The notes under the pieces are model-generated. The model had not been told where the DNA came from. It searched no databases and saw nothing but the letters and a program-made list of their open reading frames with translations. The translations under genes were made by a program, and so were the position numbers. A stretch of DNA of 64,000 nucleotides from Bacteroidia bacterium (GTDB lineage: Bacteria > Bacteroidota > Bacteroidia > M30B66). Location of the stretch: positions 512,001-576,000 of the forward strand of contig OZ257142.1 of assembly GCA_965279035.1 (NCBI GenBank). Direction: 5' to 3'. Below, in pieces: positions 1 to 10,211 of this stretch. How positions within the stretch are numbered: position 1 is the stretch's first letter; every line of letters starts with the position of its first letter.

Positions 1-321
1 TGCCAAAGGTTTTACACTAATGGGCAAGCTGTATGCTCCAATAAACATATCGAGATTGGAGCCATGGTTTGATACAACTATGCATGGTAAATTCCCGAAA
101 AGCTTTTCGCGATTTACCGTTTTAATTCGTATTCCAGCGCAAAGAAAAAAGGTAGCAGACCAAAATTTATACACCATCATCATGGGTTGATGGGCGCGTT
201 TTCCTATTGTCGGAATAAGTAATAATCCAATGAGGCTGGAGGAAACCAAAAAACACAGAAATACGAGTATCAACCAGATCCAATAAGGAATCAATAGAAA
301 ATAGGAGAGAAGTCGGAGCAC
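1..321 (-). CDS. 1-acyl-sn-glycerol-3-phosphate acyltransferase (PlsC family), 5' part, runs off the window edge
   Basis: Not in the ORF track. Manual minus-strand translation from GTG at 321 gives (M)LRLLSYFLLIPYWIWLILVF...PCIVVSNHGSNLDMFIG: hydrophobic N-terminus and NHxSxLD acyltransferase motif. TACATTTG lies 3 nt upstream. Confidence 0.85.
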   Translation of the reverse strand, partial: MLRLLSYFLLIPYWIWLILVFLCFLVSSSLIGLLLIPTIGKRAHQPMMMVYKFWSATFFLCAGIRIKTVNREKLFGNLPCIVVSNHGSNLDMFIGAYSLPISVKPLA

Positions 322-392
322 GGTCAAATGTAACGAGGTTCCTGAAAATGCCAGCAGACGAAAAAAATCATTTATCGGTTTATCTTCGTGCC

Positions 393-1454
393 ATGAAGTG
401 CGACTTTATAATCGTTGGTCAAGGAATAGCTGGGACAACGCTCGCTTTGGAGTTAATTTCACAAGGCGCATCGGTGAAAGTAATTGATGTATTTGGTCCA
501 AGTAATTCTTCTCGGGTAGCCGCAGGATTATTTAATGCAGTTGTATTTAAACGAATAACCTTTGGGTGGAGGGCAAAAGAAAGTCTGAAAGAAGCACATC
601 GTTTTTATGCAAGTCAAGAAGAATTTACAGGCATTCCTTTATTTTATCCCATCGGATTGCATCGTGTTCACGGAAGTTTAGCCGAAAAGCAGTCTTGGAG
701 TAAGTTTCGAGAAGAAGATGAGTTTGAAGGATTCTTAGGAGAAACACAAGATTCCGAATCAAAGCCCTGGTTAAAACAAGAATACGGAGGTGCACTTGTA
801 CCGGGAGCTGGATTTGTTGATACACGTGCTTGGCTTAATAGTGTTAGAAGAATCTTCTGTTCAAAGAATAGTTTACTTGAAGAATCATTCGATTATTCAG
901 CATTGGTGATTAAAGAAGATACTGTTCGATACAAAGACATCGAAGCTCAAAAGATAATTTTCTGCGAAGGTGCTGATGCAATTAAAAATCCCTGGTTTAA
1001 CTATTTACCATTTAACCTAGCCAAAGGCGAAGTACTCGTTATTCATGCACCGGGCTTGAAGAACGAAATATTTAATGGGAGCATTTATGGAGTTCCTCTT
1101 GGTGATGGAATGTTCCGTGTTGGATCTACGTATGAGTGGGAAACCCTCAATACAGAACCTACTGCAGAAAAAAGAAATGAACTAAAAGATAAACTCAATC
1201 AACTTCTAAATGTTCCATTTACCATTATTTCTCATGAAGCAGGTATTCGTCCAACGGTGCTTGATCGCAGACCTTTAATTGGTTTGCATCCTTTGTATCC
1301 TTCTCTTGGAATTTTTAATGGACTTGGCACTAAAGGCGTTTTGTTGGCTCCTTTGCAAGCCAAAGAGTTTGTCAAGTATTTACTTCATGGAGAAACACTT
1401 TCGCCTTTATCTTCCATTGATCGATTTGTGAAACTACTTCCCAAACATGAGTAG
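393..1454 (+). CDS. FAD-dependent oxidoreductase (DAO/glycine oxidase/MnmC-C-like family)
   Basis: GxGxxG Rossmann motif (IVGQGIAG), SRVAAGL, GIRPT..DRRPLIG, NGLGTKG. Start moved from 348 to ATG 393, 4 nt after TATCTTCG. Confidence 0.85.
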   Translation: MKCDFIIVGQGIAGTTLALELISQGASVKVIDVFGPSNSSRVAAGLFNAVVFKRITFGWRAKESLKEAHRFYASQEEFTGIPLFYPIGLHRVHGSLAEKQSWSKFREEDEFEGFLGETQDSESKPWLKQEYGGALVPGAGFVDTRAWLNSVRRIFCSKNSLLEESFDYSALVIKEDTVRYKDIEAQKIIFCEGADAIKNPWFNYLPFNLAKGEVLVIHAPGLKNEIFNGSIYGVPLGDGMFRVGSTYEWETLNTEPTAEKRNELKDKLNQLLNVPFTIISHEAGIRPTVLDRRPLIGLHPLYPSLGIFNGLGTKGVLLAPLQAKEFVKYLLHGETLSPLSSIDRFVKLLPKHE

Positions 1455-2586
1455 TTCTGCTCCCAAAAACTATTTCGAAAACCTTGATGCAACCAGGTTT
1501 CTGGGTTTCTTTCATGTCTTTTTAGCACATTGTTTTTTCACGACAAATCCTCAAATAGAAAACTCGAAAGCTTTTCATATAGCTACAGTAAACATTCGAT
1601 CGGGCTTTCTTGGTTTGGATTATTTCTTTGTGCTGTCAAGCTTTCTGCTCACATGGTTAGCTTTAAATGAATGGCAGAAAACAGGGAATTTTAAACCTGG
1701 CTTGTTTATGATTCGACGCGGATTAAGACTTTGGCCGCTTTACTTTTTATTGGTTTTAGGTACATATATCACCGTATTTTTTTGGGGCGATAGATTCTCC
1801 ATTTCTGAACTTCCTCCTATTTCTGTTTTCCTATTATTTGTTTCCAACCTCTGGGTTTCTATCCACGGTCAAGGCTTTCTTTTTCTACTCGTATTTTTTT
1901 GGTCGATTGCTGTTGAAGAACAATTCTATGTTTTCTGGGCTTTTGTTCTTCGTTTTTTGCATAATCATCTTGTTGTGGTAAGCTTTGTCATGATTGCGAT
2001 TTCACTAATTTTTAGAGCACTTAATCTGCAAAACGAACCCAACTTATTTTTTAATACGCTAAGTTATTTGGGGAATTTTGGAATTGGTGCATTAACGGCA
2101 AATCTCGCATTTCAACAAGGGGCTTTGCTTCGGAGAATAGAACAAATGCCTCGCTGGTTTATACTAAGCACCTATCTTCTCTTATTGACTCTCACGCTTG
2201 GATATTTCCGATGGTTTCAATCACCTTTCATGATAGTAACAGAAAAAATCATTTTCGGAATCTTCTTTTCATTCCTGATTTTGGAACAATGCTATGCAAA
2301 GAATTCACTTTTTAAATTGGGTAAATTCAAAGTCATCAGTTACTTCGGACAACTTTCTCTTGGATTGTATTGCTTCCACGGAATTGTTCTAACTCTTGCT
2401 ATACCTTTTATTAAATCTCATGGTTTTGCTGTTGAAGGATGGCAAGTTTATGTGATCAATCCGTTCATTATTTTTTCCTGTACTCTAATCATAGCATGGC
2501 TTAGCTATCGATATTTTGAGCAACCAATTCATAATAAACGGCGGTTTTTTTACCCAAAAACTTCTTCTAAAACTTCGGGTGTATGA
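1447..2586 (+). CDS. Acyltransferase family 3 (OafA-like membrane O-acyltransferase)
   Basis: LDATR, G.DYFFVLSSFL, RRGLRLWP, WSIAVEEQFY, SYRYFEQP motifs; many TM segments. Overlaps the 3' end of recO convergently. Confidence 0.9.
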   Translation: MSSSAPKNYFENLDATRFLGFFHVFLAHCFFTTNPQIENSKAFHIATVNIRSGFLGLDYFFVLSSFLLTWLALNEWQKTGNFKPGLFMIRRGLRLWPLYFLLVLGTYITVFFWGDRFSISELPPISVFLLFVSNLWVSIHGQGFLFLLVFFWSIAVEEQFYVFWAFVLRFLHNHLVVVSFVMIAISLIFRALNLQNEPNLFFNTLSYLGNFGIGALTANLAFQQGALLRRIEQMPRWFILSTYLLLLTLTLGYFRWFQSPFMIVTEKIIFGIFFSFLILEQCYAKNSLFKLGKFKVISYFGQLSLGLYCFHGIVLTLAIPFIKSHGFAVEGWQVYVINPFIIFSCTLIIAWLSYRYFEQPIHNKRRFFYPKTSSKTSGV

Positions 2587-3269
2587 AGCCCCGAAATGGA
2601 TGGTAAATGCCAACGAAAATATTCTAAGATCATCCGAGAGATTTGTCTTCGTTGAGGTCGACTAAATTTCAAGTTAGATAATTGACCAAATCCGGTACAC
2701 ATTAATTGATAGATGGCGGCACTTGATTGAAGATCGAAGCAAGTTGGACCCGGACTATGATGAAAAGCTCCATCGGTAAATTGAAAGTAAGGAGTGTTTT
2801 CGCTATAATTATCAACTGGATAAAAACCCAAAAAGCGAGAAAACTCCAACAGAAATTTCAAATGAAAATCGGGGATTTCGAATGGTGTTTGATCGAGTAA
2901 AATCAAAACATCCCTCAAGAAATCGAAAAGCGGATCGTTTTGCTCTTCTTCTTTGATGGTTCTTAAAAGTACTTCCGATAAAAAAAGGGCTTGTGCCGTT
3001 TTACCGTTTGAAAATGGAATTCCAACAAAAGGAATATCAATTCGGAGTTCTCGCAATTGTTGCAAACCGCGATTTTCCTTAATCTGCATTTGAATTTCAA
3101 GCAAACTTAAGGGTTGAAGTAAGGCAGCTTTATTTCCTCCTTTTTTACTACGAACACCATTCACCAAAAAAGAAACGAGCCCCCGATGACGAGTATACAT
3201 TCTAGCCACAACCGATGAATCGCCATGCTTGAACGTGTGCAATACGATGGCTTGGCTGCCGATCAACAT
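2550..3269 (-). CDS. recO: DNA repair protein RecO
   Basis: N-terminal OB-fold AIVLH..KHGDSSVVARMYT..GLVSFLVNG, LLQPLSLLE, FLLEFSRFLGFYP; follows porZ as usual in Bacteroidota. Confidence 0.93.
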   Translation of the reverse strand: MLIGSQAIVLHTFKHGDSSVVARMYTRHRGLVSFLVNGVRSKKGGNKAALLQPLSLLEIQMQIKENRGLQQLRELRIDIPFVGIPFSNGKTAQALFLSEVLLRTIKEEEQNDPLFDFLRDVLILLDQTPFEIPDFHLKFLLEFSRFLGFYPVDNYSENTPYFQFTDGAFHHSPGPTCFDLQSSAAIYQLMCTGFGQLSNLKFSRPQRRQISRMILEYFRWHLPSISGLHTPEVLEEVFG

Positions 3270-3272
3270 TGC

Positions 3273-5594
3273 TTAATTGATAAATAAAAACTTAGTTACC
3301 TTGGTTTGACTACCATCGTCGTTCGAACAAAATACCAAGTAAACGCCTGTTGCTGCTCGTTCACCCGAAAATAGCCTTCCATTCCATATTGCTGTTCCAC
3401 CATTAGCAACAGTAGTATAAACAAGGTTCCCACTCACATCGGTGATTTTAATATTGGCATCTGTCACCAAACCTGTTATTGCAATGGGACCTTCGTATCC
3501 ATGTTGAACGGGATTTGGAAAGGTATACACATGGCCAAACGTATCACCACCGCGGCTTGCATCTGTTCTATAAGAGCAAATTCCCACATTGGTTCCAATG
3601 AAGATTTCACCTGTTTCTCCGTTGATGCTTAGGCTATTGATGGTATTGCTTAGTAAGGGACTGTTTTCGGATGTAAACTGAGCAATTTGTTCAGTTCCAT
3701 CGGGTGAAACCACAAAAATACCTGCCTTCTTCGTCCCAATCCATTTTCTATTGGCGCCATCAACTGCAATGGCTGTAACATCTTCTTCTTTTAATAAATA
3801 CTGATTGAAGCCATCTTGCCCGATGATGATAGTTTGAGAATCCCATCCTGTTGCACCATCTTGGAATATTGCTTCAGGAGTATAAAAAACACTTATTCCT
3901 TTGGAAGTCCCAACCCAAATCTGTCCTTCAAGATCTTGTGCCATGCAATACACCGTTGAACTTGCAAGAGCTCCATTTCCGATTTGATCGTTCAAGAATT
4001 TAAATCCCTTCAAGGTAGTTCCATCTGTATTGGCAACGAGAATTCCATGCTCTTGAACAATTACCCATTTTAGACCGGAACTGTCGATTAGCAGATTACC
4101 TAAAAACTGGTTATTAACGGAGCTATTAAACGTAAAATTCTTCCATTCTCCACCTGGTGTTTTTACTGCTAAAGGGTGAGAAGACGATGAACATGTTGCC
4201 CAAAGATTTCCATCGGCATCCGTTGCTACATCCGAAACTCGGATGTCGTTAGGGTAGTTTGCAATTCCCACTAAACCACTATTGGAAGCGGCAAATTGTT
4301 GAACGATGCTTCCATTTTTAAATTCAGCAATTCCATTTCCCCAAGATGCCAAATACACGTGATTTGCATCACCTGGATCGATGCATAACGAAACAATATC
4401 GCGGATAAAGTCAGTCCCATTATTTAAGATATAGGAGTCCCAATTCAATCCGTCGAATTCAAAAACTCCATCAATAGAATAAAGTGGAGAATATGCCACA
4501 TCCCATGCTCCAGGCGCAACCCACACTTTTCCTCCTGAGTTTTTCAGTTTAAAAACATTGGAAGTTGGCGGACCTTCAACCGAATACGAAGTATTAATAA
4601 ATACATTTTGGGATTTAATGAGACTTTGATTTTTATCAGCAATCCAAATTCGTTTATTATCTACCTGATCAACAATGGCATCCAGCGGTGATGGAGGTAA
4701 AGTGACATCCGAATAGGAAAGCACATTTTCTACATACAAACTACCCGAATCAATCATGGTAGTTCCATAATTCGTAGTGTAAACCAAGCGTTCAGGCTTC
4801 GACGTTATTGAATGTATCGATTGTCCCGTTCGAACGATTGTTAGTTGATTGTCTTTAATTGAATACAAGGTGTCTTGATCAACGGCATTGTCTACATAAT
4901 GCGAAACATAAACTCCTCCGTTAAAACACGTAACATGACTTAAAGCCAAACCATTTAGAAGTGAATCGCGCGTCCAAGCGACATAATAGGGTAATGCGGG
5001 ATTTGTTACATCAGCCTTGAAAAGTCCTTTAGAGGTTGCAGCATATATGATGTTACCATTAGAAGCAACATCCAAAATATCAGGGTTGAGAAGTGAAGGA
5101 TATAGTGTTGTACGAACTTCTCTTTTAGTCATATCATACACTACGATTCCAAAATTGCAGCACAAATACGCTTTGTCGCCAATAAATCGAATGGCATTAA
5201 TCGTTTTTCCTCCTTGAACAACTGTAGAACGCTTAATGTCGCCAACATTCATCACCACATTATCACGAACTAAATCGAGATTTCCATTTTTATATCCAAC
5301 GACTAGTGTATTGCTTCCTTCATGATAATTTACACAGGAAAGACTAATATCACTCAAGCCATTGGAGCGGGAAAGTCGTTCGATGCTGCCATCATCTTTT
5401 TTGAAGATTATCACTCCATTGGTCGTTGCGCAATACACGAATTTTGAACTTTGAGCAACAGAGAGCGCCTTCGTAAAAGGAAGATGTTCTCTCCATTCGC
5501 CTAAAGCAATATTTCCAGATTGTTGTGCACGAAGTGAAAAGGCTATTTGAGCAAGAACTATGAGAAGAAAGAATGCACGGAAATTCATTTTCAT
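3273..5594 (-). CDS. porZ: T9SS component PorZ (beta-propeller protein with type A CTD)
   Basis: Signal peptide, GEWREHLP, propeller repeats, IAVDGANRKWIGT, FTSENSPLLSN, C-terminal YTFPNPV...GVYLVF CTD; adjacent to recO. Confidence 0.88.
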   Translation of the reverse strand: MKMNFRAFFLLIVLAQIAFSLRAQQSGNIALGEWREHLPFTKALSVAQSSKFVYCATTNGVIIFKKDDGSIERLSRSNGLSDISLSCVNYHEGSNTLVVGYKNGNLDLVRDNVVMNVGDIKRSTVVQGGKTINAIRFIGDKAYLCCNFGIVVYDMTKREVRTTLYPSLLNPDILDVASNGNIIYAATSKGLFKADVTNPALPYYVAWTRDSLLNGLALSHVTCFNGGVYVSHYVDNAVDQDTLYSIKDNQLTIVRTGQSIHSITSKPERLVYTTNYGTTMIDSGSLYVENVLSYSDVTLPPSPLDAIVDQVDNKRIWIADKNQSLIKSQNVFINTSYSVEGPPTSNVFKLKNSGGKVWVAPGAWDVAYSPLYSIDGVFEFDGLNWDSYILNNGTDFIRDIVSLCIDPGDANHVYLASWGNGIAEFKNGSIVQQFAASNSGLVGIANYPNDIRVSDVATDADGNLWATCSSSSHPLAVKTPGGEWKNFTFNSSVNNQFLGNLLIDSSGLKWVIVQEHGILVANTDGTTLKGFKFLNDQIGNGALASSTVYCMAQDLEGQIWVGTSKGISVFYTPEAIFQDGATGWDSQTIIIGQDGFNQYLLKEEDVTAIAVDGANRKWIGTKKAGIFVVSPDGTEQIAQFTSENSPLLSNTINSLSINGETGEIFIGTNVGICSYRTDASRGGDTFGHVYTFPNPVQHGYEGPIAITGLVTDANIKITDVSGNLVYTTVANGGTAIWNGRLFSGERAATGVYLVFCSNDDGSQTKVTKFLFIN

Positions 5595-5813
5595 TTTTTG
5601 GTATTCAGCCTCGTAAAACGTGGAAGTGGTAAAGATATTTTATTTAAAATAAAGATCAGGTTGGGCGATAAAAATAGCAATCGTTTAAAATCGAAGGGCG
5701 AATTATAGGATTTGATAAATTTCTTAACACAAAAACACATGAAACAGGATATTTTCATCTACTTTTAAATATCCGCAAACATACTACTGAGCGGAAAAGG
5801 CTATTTTTGACCC

Positions 5814-7958
5814 ATGCAAACACCAGAAGAATCGCTTAACACACCGGAGTCCGGCCCGAATGAAATGCCGGAACTAGAAATTGCCAATAGTGCCGAAAGT
5901 ACTGTAAACACGGAAGTTTCAACTGAAATTGTTTCTGAATCTGAACCTGAAATTGAAGTGCCGGAAGATATTCCAACTCCAATTATACCAGAAGAAATGC
6001 CCCAGAGCGAACCTTCTCCTTCAGAAAATCCAGAAGAACCCGAAGATATAGCTAATCCGGAAATTCATTCTGATTCAGCTGTATCAGAAATTGCTAATGA
6101 TCAACAATTGCTTGAAGAGACGCCTGTTCAAACGGTTGTTAATGAAGTGATTGAAGTGGCTCATCCTGAAATAACATTGAAGGAAGAAGAAGAAGATTCA
6201 CACGAATCTGATCCCAATGAGGATTTGCATCCACAAGTAGCTTTTCAAGAATTATCTCGCATCGAATTAGTTGCCGCCATTCAAGAAGCGGTTGATTCTG
6301 ACGATACCGATAGTATGCGCATGCGCGTTCGTGCTATTCGTGATGGATACTATAAAGTGAAAGATGAAGAAGTTGCTGCAAAGCGATTGAAGTTTATCGA
6401 AAATGGTGGTTTGTCGGAAGAGTTTGAAGTGTTGCGTGATGAAACAGATGAGCAGTTTGATGCTTTAGTGAAGCGTTTTCAAGAAAAGCGTGCAGAACAA
6501 CGTCGTCGTCGTGAGCAAGAATTACTTTCTAACCTTAAGAAAAAAGAAACAATACTGGCCGAATTGAAGGCCATGCTTGAAAATACTGAAAACATTTCAG
6601 CCAGTTTTGATCGACTGCACGAGTTACAAGAACAATGGCGTTCGATCGGATTAGTTCCTTCACAACATGTGGATGAACTATGGAAAAACTACCATCATCA
6701 CATCAACAACTTCTACGATATCATTAAGATAAACAAGGAGTTGCGCGACTTAGACAACAAGAAAAATCTCGAACTTAAAACGCAATTATGCGAAAAAGCC
6801 GAAGATTTATTGATGGAAGAATCAATCACCAAATCGCTCGATGTTTACAAAGAATTACAAGATCAGTGGAAAGAAATTGGTCATGTTGCTCGTGAGTTTA
6901 GCGAAGTACTTTGGGAGCGTTTTCGTGCTGCAGGAGATAAACTGTTCGACAGAAGAAGAGAATACATTCAAGGTCAAGAGAAAGATTATTCTGCCAACTT
7001 AGCGTTGAAGAATGAGATTGTAGCTAAAGCAGAAGCATTCTTGCAAGAAGCTCCTTATAAAAATCACGTTCAATGGCAGGCTGCTTCCGAAAAACTGGCT
7101 GCTTTGCTTGAAGAATGGAAAAAAGTAGGTTTTACGTCGCGCAAAGACAATGAAGCTATTTGGCAAAAATTCAAAGGAATTCGCGATCAGTTTTACACGA
7201 CCAAAGAAGATTTTTACAAAACATTACGAAATGCTCAAAACCACAATTATAAGTTAAAAGTGGATTTGTGTATGGAAGCTGAAGCGCTTCGTGAAACAAT
7301 GGATTGGAAAAAAACGGGCGAACGACTTCGTCAGCTTCAAGAAGCCTGGAAGCAAGTTGGTCCAGTTTCTAAAAAACATAGCGATAAACTTTGGATTCGT
7401 TTTAGAACAGCATGCGATGCTTTCTTTGAAAATAGAAACAAGCATTTTGCTGGAATGAATGATGAACAAGACTTAAATCTTCAAAAGAAGAAAGAGCTTG
7501 TCGCCCGTGTTGAAGCCTTTGTTCCAAGCGAAGATACTCCAGCCAATTTTGATGCTTTAAAAGCCTTTCAAAATGAATGGATGGAAATTGGGCATGTTCC
7601 AATCAAAGAAAAAGATAAGCTTTATAAAATGTTTAGAACAGCAATTGATGCTCAGTTTTCTAAACTTAAAACCGATAGCGCCAATTCAAGAAGAGAGCAT
7701 TTCCGTTCTCAGGTAAATCATACGATTGCCGACAAAGGTGGAAAAGACAAATTGAATCATCAAAAAGTGGTAGTTCAGGATAAAATCCGCAAACTGCAAA
7801 CAGATGTTCAAACGCTCGAAAACAATATTGGATTCTTTGGAAATTCAAAGTCGAAAGCCGCCGAAGAAATGAAGCGCGACATCGAACGTAAAATCAGTAA
7901 AGCCAAAGAAGATATTGGTCAGCTCTACGATCAACTTCGAATTTTACAAGAAGTCTAA
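5814..7958 (+). CDS. DUF349 domain-containing coiled-coil protein
   Basis: Repeated LQxxWKxIG/VG..LWxRF units and an acidic Glu/Pro-rich disordered N-terminus. Confidence 0.88.
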   Translation: MQTPEESLNTPESGPNEMPELEIANSAESTVNTEVSTEIVSESEPEIEVPEDIPTPIIPEEMPQSEPSPSENPEEPEDIANPEIHSDSAVSEIANDQQLLEETPVQTVVNEVIEVAHPEITLKEEEEDSHESDPNEDLHPQVAFQELSRIELVAAIQEAVDSDDTDSMRMRVRAIRDGYYKVKDEEVAAKRLKFIENGGLSEEFEVLRDETDEQFDALVKRFQEKRAEQRRRREQELLSNLKKKETILAELKAMLENTENISASFDRLHELQEQWRSIGLVPSQHVDELWKNYHHHINNFYDIIKINKELRDLDNKKNLELKTQLCEKAEDLLMEESITKSLDVYKELQDQWKEIGHVAREFSEVLWERFRAAGDKLFDRRREYIQGQEKDYSANLALKNEIVAKAEAFLQEAPYKNHVQWQAASEKLAALLEEWKKVGFTSRKDNEAIWQKFKGIRDQFYTTKEDFYKTLRNAQNHNYKLKVDLCMEAEALRETMDWKKTGERLRQLQEAWKQVGPVSKKHSDKLWIRFRTACDAFFENRNKHFAGMNDEQDLNLQKKKELVARVEAFVPSEDTPANFDALKAFQNEWMEIGHVPIKEKDKLYKMFRTAIDAQFSKLKTDSANSRREHFRSQVNHTIADKGGKDKLNHQKVVVQDKIRKLQTDVQTLENNIGFFGNSKSKAAEEMKRDIERKISKAKEDIGQLYDQLRILQEV

Positions 7959-7973
7959 AAACACATTGCATTC

Positions 7974-8008
7974 AAGCCCCGCTTTCTCTTTCATAGCGGG
8001 GCTTTTTT
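7974..8008 (+). terminator. Rho-independent terminator after DUF349 gene
   Basis: AAGCCCCGCT / AGCGGGGCTT stem followed by a T run. Confidence 0.85.
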
Positions 8009-8090
8009 GTTTTTAAATAAGATCGTTTTGATATCATTATAAGATTCACACTCTTGAAAAACGAAACTCATTTCATATTACCTTTCGTTC

Positions 8091-8471
8091 ATGGTAAACG
8101 ATCCCGACAAATCCCGATTTTTCGCCGACTTGCGTGAACTCATTGTGGATTATCTTCAAAATCGAGCTGACTTAACGCGAGCACTTGCATTTGAGAAAAT
8201 TGCCCGAATAGTTGCCTACTTGGTTATTGGAGTTATTCTAGCTCTTCTTTTCTTTTTTGGATTGCTGTTTTTAAGTTTTATGCTCGGCTATTATTTGAGT
8301 GAACAGCTTAACAGTCAGCTTGCCGGTTTTGGAATAATTGCCGGAATGTACTTTTTAGCATTTGCCTTCATTTTCGTGTTTCGCGAACGGCTTTTTGCTA
8401 AAACAATCGTTGATTCTATAATTCGAATCTTGTATGAACGCCAATTAGAAGACGATGAAGAAGAAGCGTAA
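8091..8471 (+). CDS. YqjE-like / 'phage holin family' two-TM membrane protein
   Basis: Two long hydrophobic helices after DYLQNRADL; typical Bacteroidota holin-X-like gene with a small partner. Confidence 0.65.
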   Translation: MVNDPDKSRFFADLRELIVDYLQNRADLTRALAFEKIARIVAYLVIGVILALLFFFGLLFLSFMLGYYLSEQLNSQLAGFGIIAGMYFLAFAFIFVFRERLFAKTIVDSIIRILYERQLEDDEEEA

Positions 8472-8784
8472 AATCGAAAATCTAGATGACCTTAAATTGG
8501 AGCAGGCGCGGCTTCGGATGGAAGTTCGTCAATCAGAAAAAGTGATTAGCGAGCGCATGGAATATCTTCGAAAGAACTATCCTTCCATTTTACTCATGCA
8601 AGTATTGCCATTTGAAGATCGGAAAAAGGAAATTATATTAAGCGGATTAGGGCTAGCTGCAAGTCTCTTCATGGGACGAATAGCCGAATCAGGAAAAGAG
8701 CTCCTGGAAAGGAATCTCCAGAAGCTCTTACAATGGGTGAGTAAAAAATTTGGTGGCTCTTCAGAACCTAAATCAGAAGATTAA
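8455..8784 (+). CDS. Hypothetical protein, partner of the YqjE-like protein
   Basis: KIENLDDLKLEQARLR coiled-coil start and one hydrophobic segment; overlaps the upstream gene. Confidence 0.7.
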   Translation: MKKKRKIENLDDLKLEQARLRMEVRQSEKVISERMEYLRKNYPSILLMQVLPFEDRKKEIILSGLGLAASLFMGRIAESGKELLERNLQKLLQWVSKKFGGSSEPKSED

Positions 8785-10139
8785 CCAAGCGCTTCGATGA
8801 TGTCATACTTCGTAATAATATGAACCGCTCCAAGCATATCGCGAACTAATACCGCTTCATTTTCGCGGTTTATTTGTTTCGATACTTCCTCCAATTTTGA
8901 TTGAGGATTTACAAATGGAAATGATTTCTGCATTAAATCACTTACACGCGCTTGTTTCAATTCGGGATTGTCGCAAATGCTTGCATATAAATGACTATCG
9001 CTTAAAGAACCCACAAAATCAGCTCCCGATTTCACTGGTATTTGAGATACGTCAAACTTGCGCATGATGGCAAAGGCTTCTCCTACCGAATCTTCCGCAT
9101 CAACCGTTACTAATTTTAAATGCTTGTGACGCTCAATGAGGTCGATAGCTTTCGGAGATTTCTCTTCCAAGAATCCACGATCACGCATCCAATCATCGTT
9201 GAACATTTTGCCTAAGTAGCGAGTGCCATGATCATGGAAAATAACCACAACTACATCGCCTTCCTTAAACATATCTTTCATCTGTAGCAATCCAGCCATA
9301 GCCGAACCAGCTGAGTTTCCTGCAAAAATGCCTTCTTCACGAGGAATACGACGAGTCATCACCGCCGCATCTTTATCCGTTACTTTTTCAAAATGATCGA
9401 TCACATTAAAATCGACATTCTGTGGTAGAAAATCTTCTCCAATACCTTCGGTGATGTATGGATAGATTTCGTTCTTATCGAAAATGCCGGTTTCTTTATA
9501 TTTCTTGAAAACCGAACCATACGTATCGATACCCAGAATTTTGATGTTTGGGTTTTTCTCTTTCAAATAGCGGCCTGTTCCGCAAATGGTTCCACCTGTT
9601 CCAACACCAACAACTAAATGCGTGATTTTCCCTTCGGTTTGCTCCCAAATTTCAGGACCGGTTTGTTCGTAATGCGCTTGTGAATTGCTTAGGTTGTCGT
9701 ACTGATTCGGCTTCCAAGAATTTGGAACTTCAGCAATTAGTCGACTCGATACGGAATAGTATGAGCTTGGATCTTCAGGTTCTACGTTGGTTGGACAAAC
9801 AATTACTTCCGCTCCAAAAGCGCGTAAAGCATCCACTTTTTCTTTGGATTGTTTATCGGTAGTGGTGAAAATGCATTTGTATCCTTTAATAACAGCAGCA
9901 ATGGCGAGTCCCATGCCTGTATTTCCACTTGTTCCTTCGATAATGGTTCCTCCAGGTTGAAGTCGCCCATCTTTTTCAGCATCCTCAATCATCTTCAAGG
10001 CCATACGATCCTTAATAGAATTGCCCGGATTGGTTGTTTCGATTTTAGCAAGAACGATTGCCGGAATGTCTTTGGTGATTCTGTTGATTTTTACCAAAGG
10101 CGTATTACCGATAGTTTCGAGGATGTTTTTATAATACAT
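8781..10139 (-). CDS. Cystathionine beta-synthase (PLP fold II plus C-terminal CBS pair)
   Basis: IGNTPLV, NPGNSIKDR (PLP lysine), TSGNTG, GTGGT, EGIG; C-terminal tandem CBS domains. Confidence 0.9.
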   Translation of the reverse strand: MYYKNILETIGNTPLVKINRITKDIPAIVLAKIETTNPGNSIKDRMALKMIEDAEKDGRLQPGGTIIEGTSGNTGMGLAIAAVIKGYKCIFTTTDKQSKEKVDALRAFGAEVIVCPTNVEPEDPSSYYSVSSRLIAEVPNSWKPNQYDNLSNSQAHYEQTGPEIWEQTEGKITHLVVGVGTGGTICGTGRYLKEKNPNIKILGIDTYGSVFKKYKETGIFDKNEIYPYITEGIGEDFLPQNVDFNVIDHFEKVTDKDAAVMTRRIPREEGIFAGNSAGSAMAGLLQMKDMFKEGDVVVVIFHDHGTRYLGKMFNDDWMRDRGFLEEKSPKAIDLIERHKHLKLVTVDAEDSVGEAFAIMRKFDVSQIPVKSGADFVGSLSDSHLYASICDNPELKQARVSDLMQKSFPFVNPQSKLEEVSKQINRENEAVLVRDMLGAVHIITKYDIIEALG

Positions 10140-10143
10140 GCGG

Positions 10144-10151
10144 CAAAGGTA
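10144..10151 (-). promoter_or_regulatory. Bacteroidota -7 promoter element TACCTTTG, 4 nt before the CBS ATG
   Basis: Exact TAnnTTTG match. Confidence 0.7.
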
Positions 10152-10211
10152 GAAATTACGGAAATTGCGGGACTATCCTACACCATATTCTCTGAATTAA
10201 TTTATTTCTGA

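Noticed and set aside
2550-2586. 37-nt convergent overlap of the acyltransferase and recO genes
   Set aside because: Short tail-to-tail overlaps are ordinary in compact genomes (also at 8781-8784 and 33121-33128).
8091-8784. 'Phage holin' gene as a prophage sign
   Set aside because: No phage structural, lysis or integrase genes nearby; this YqjE-like pair is a common chromosomal locus.
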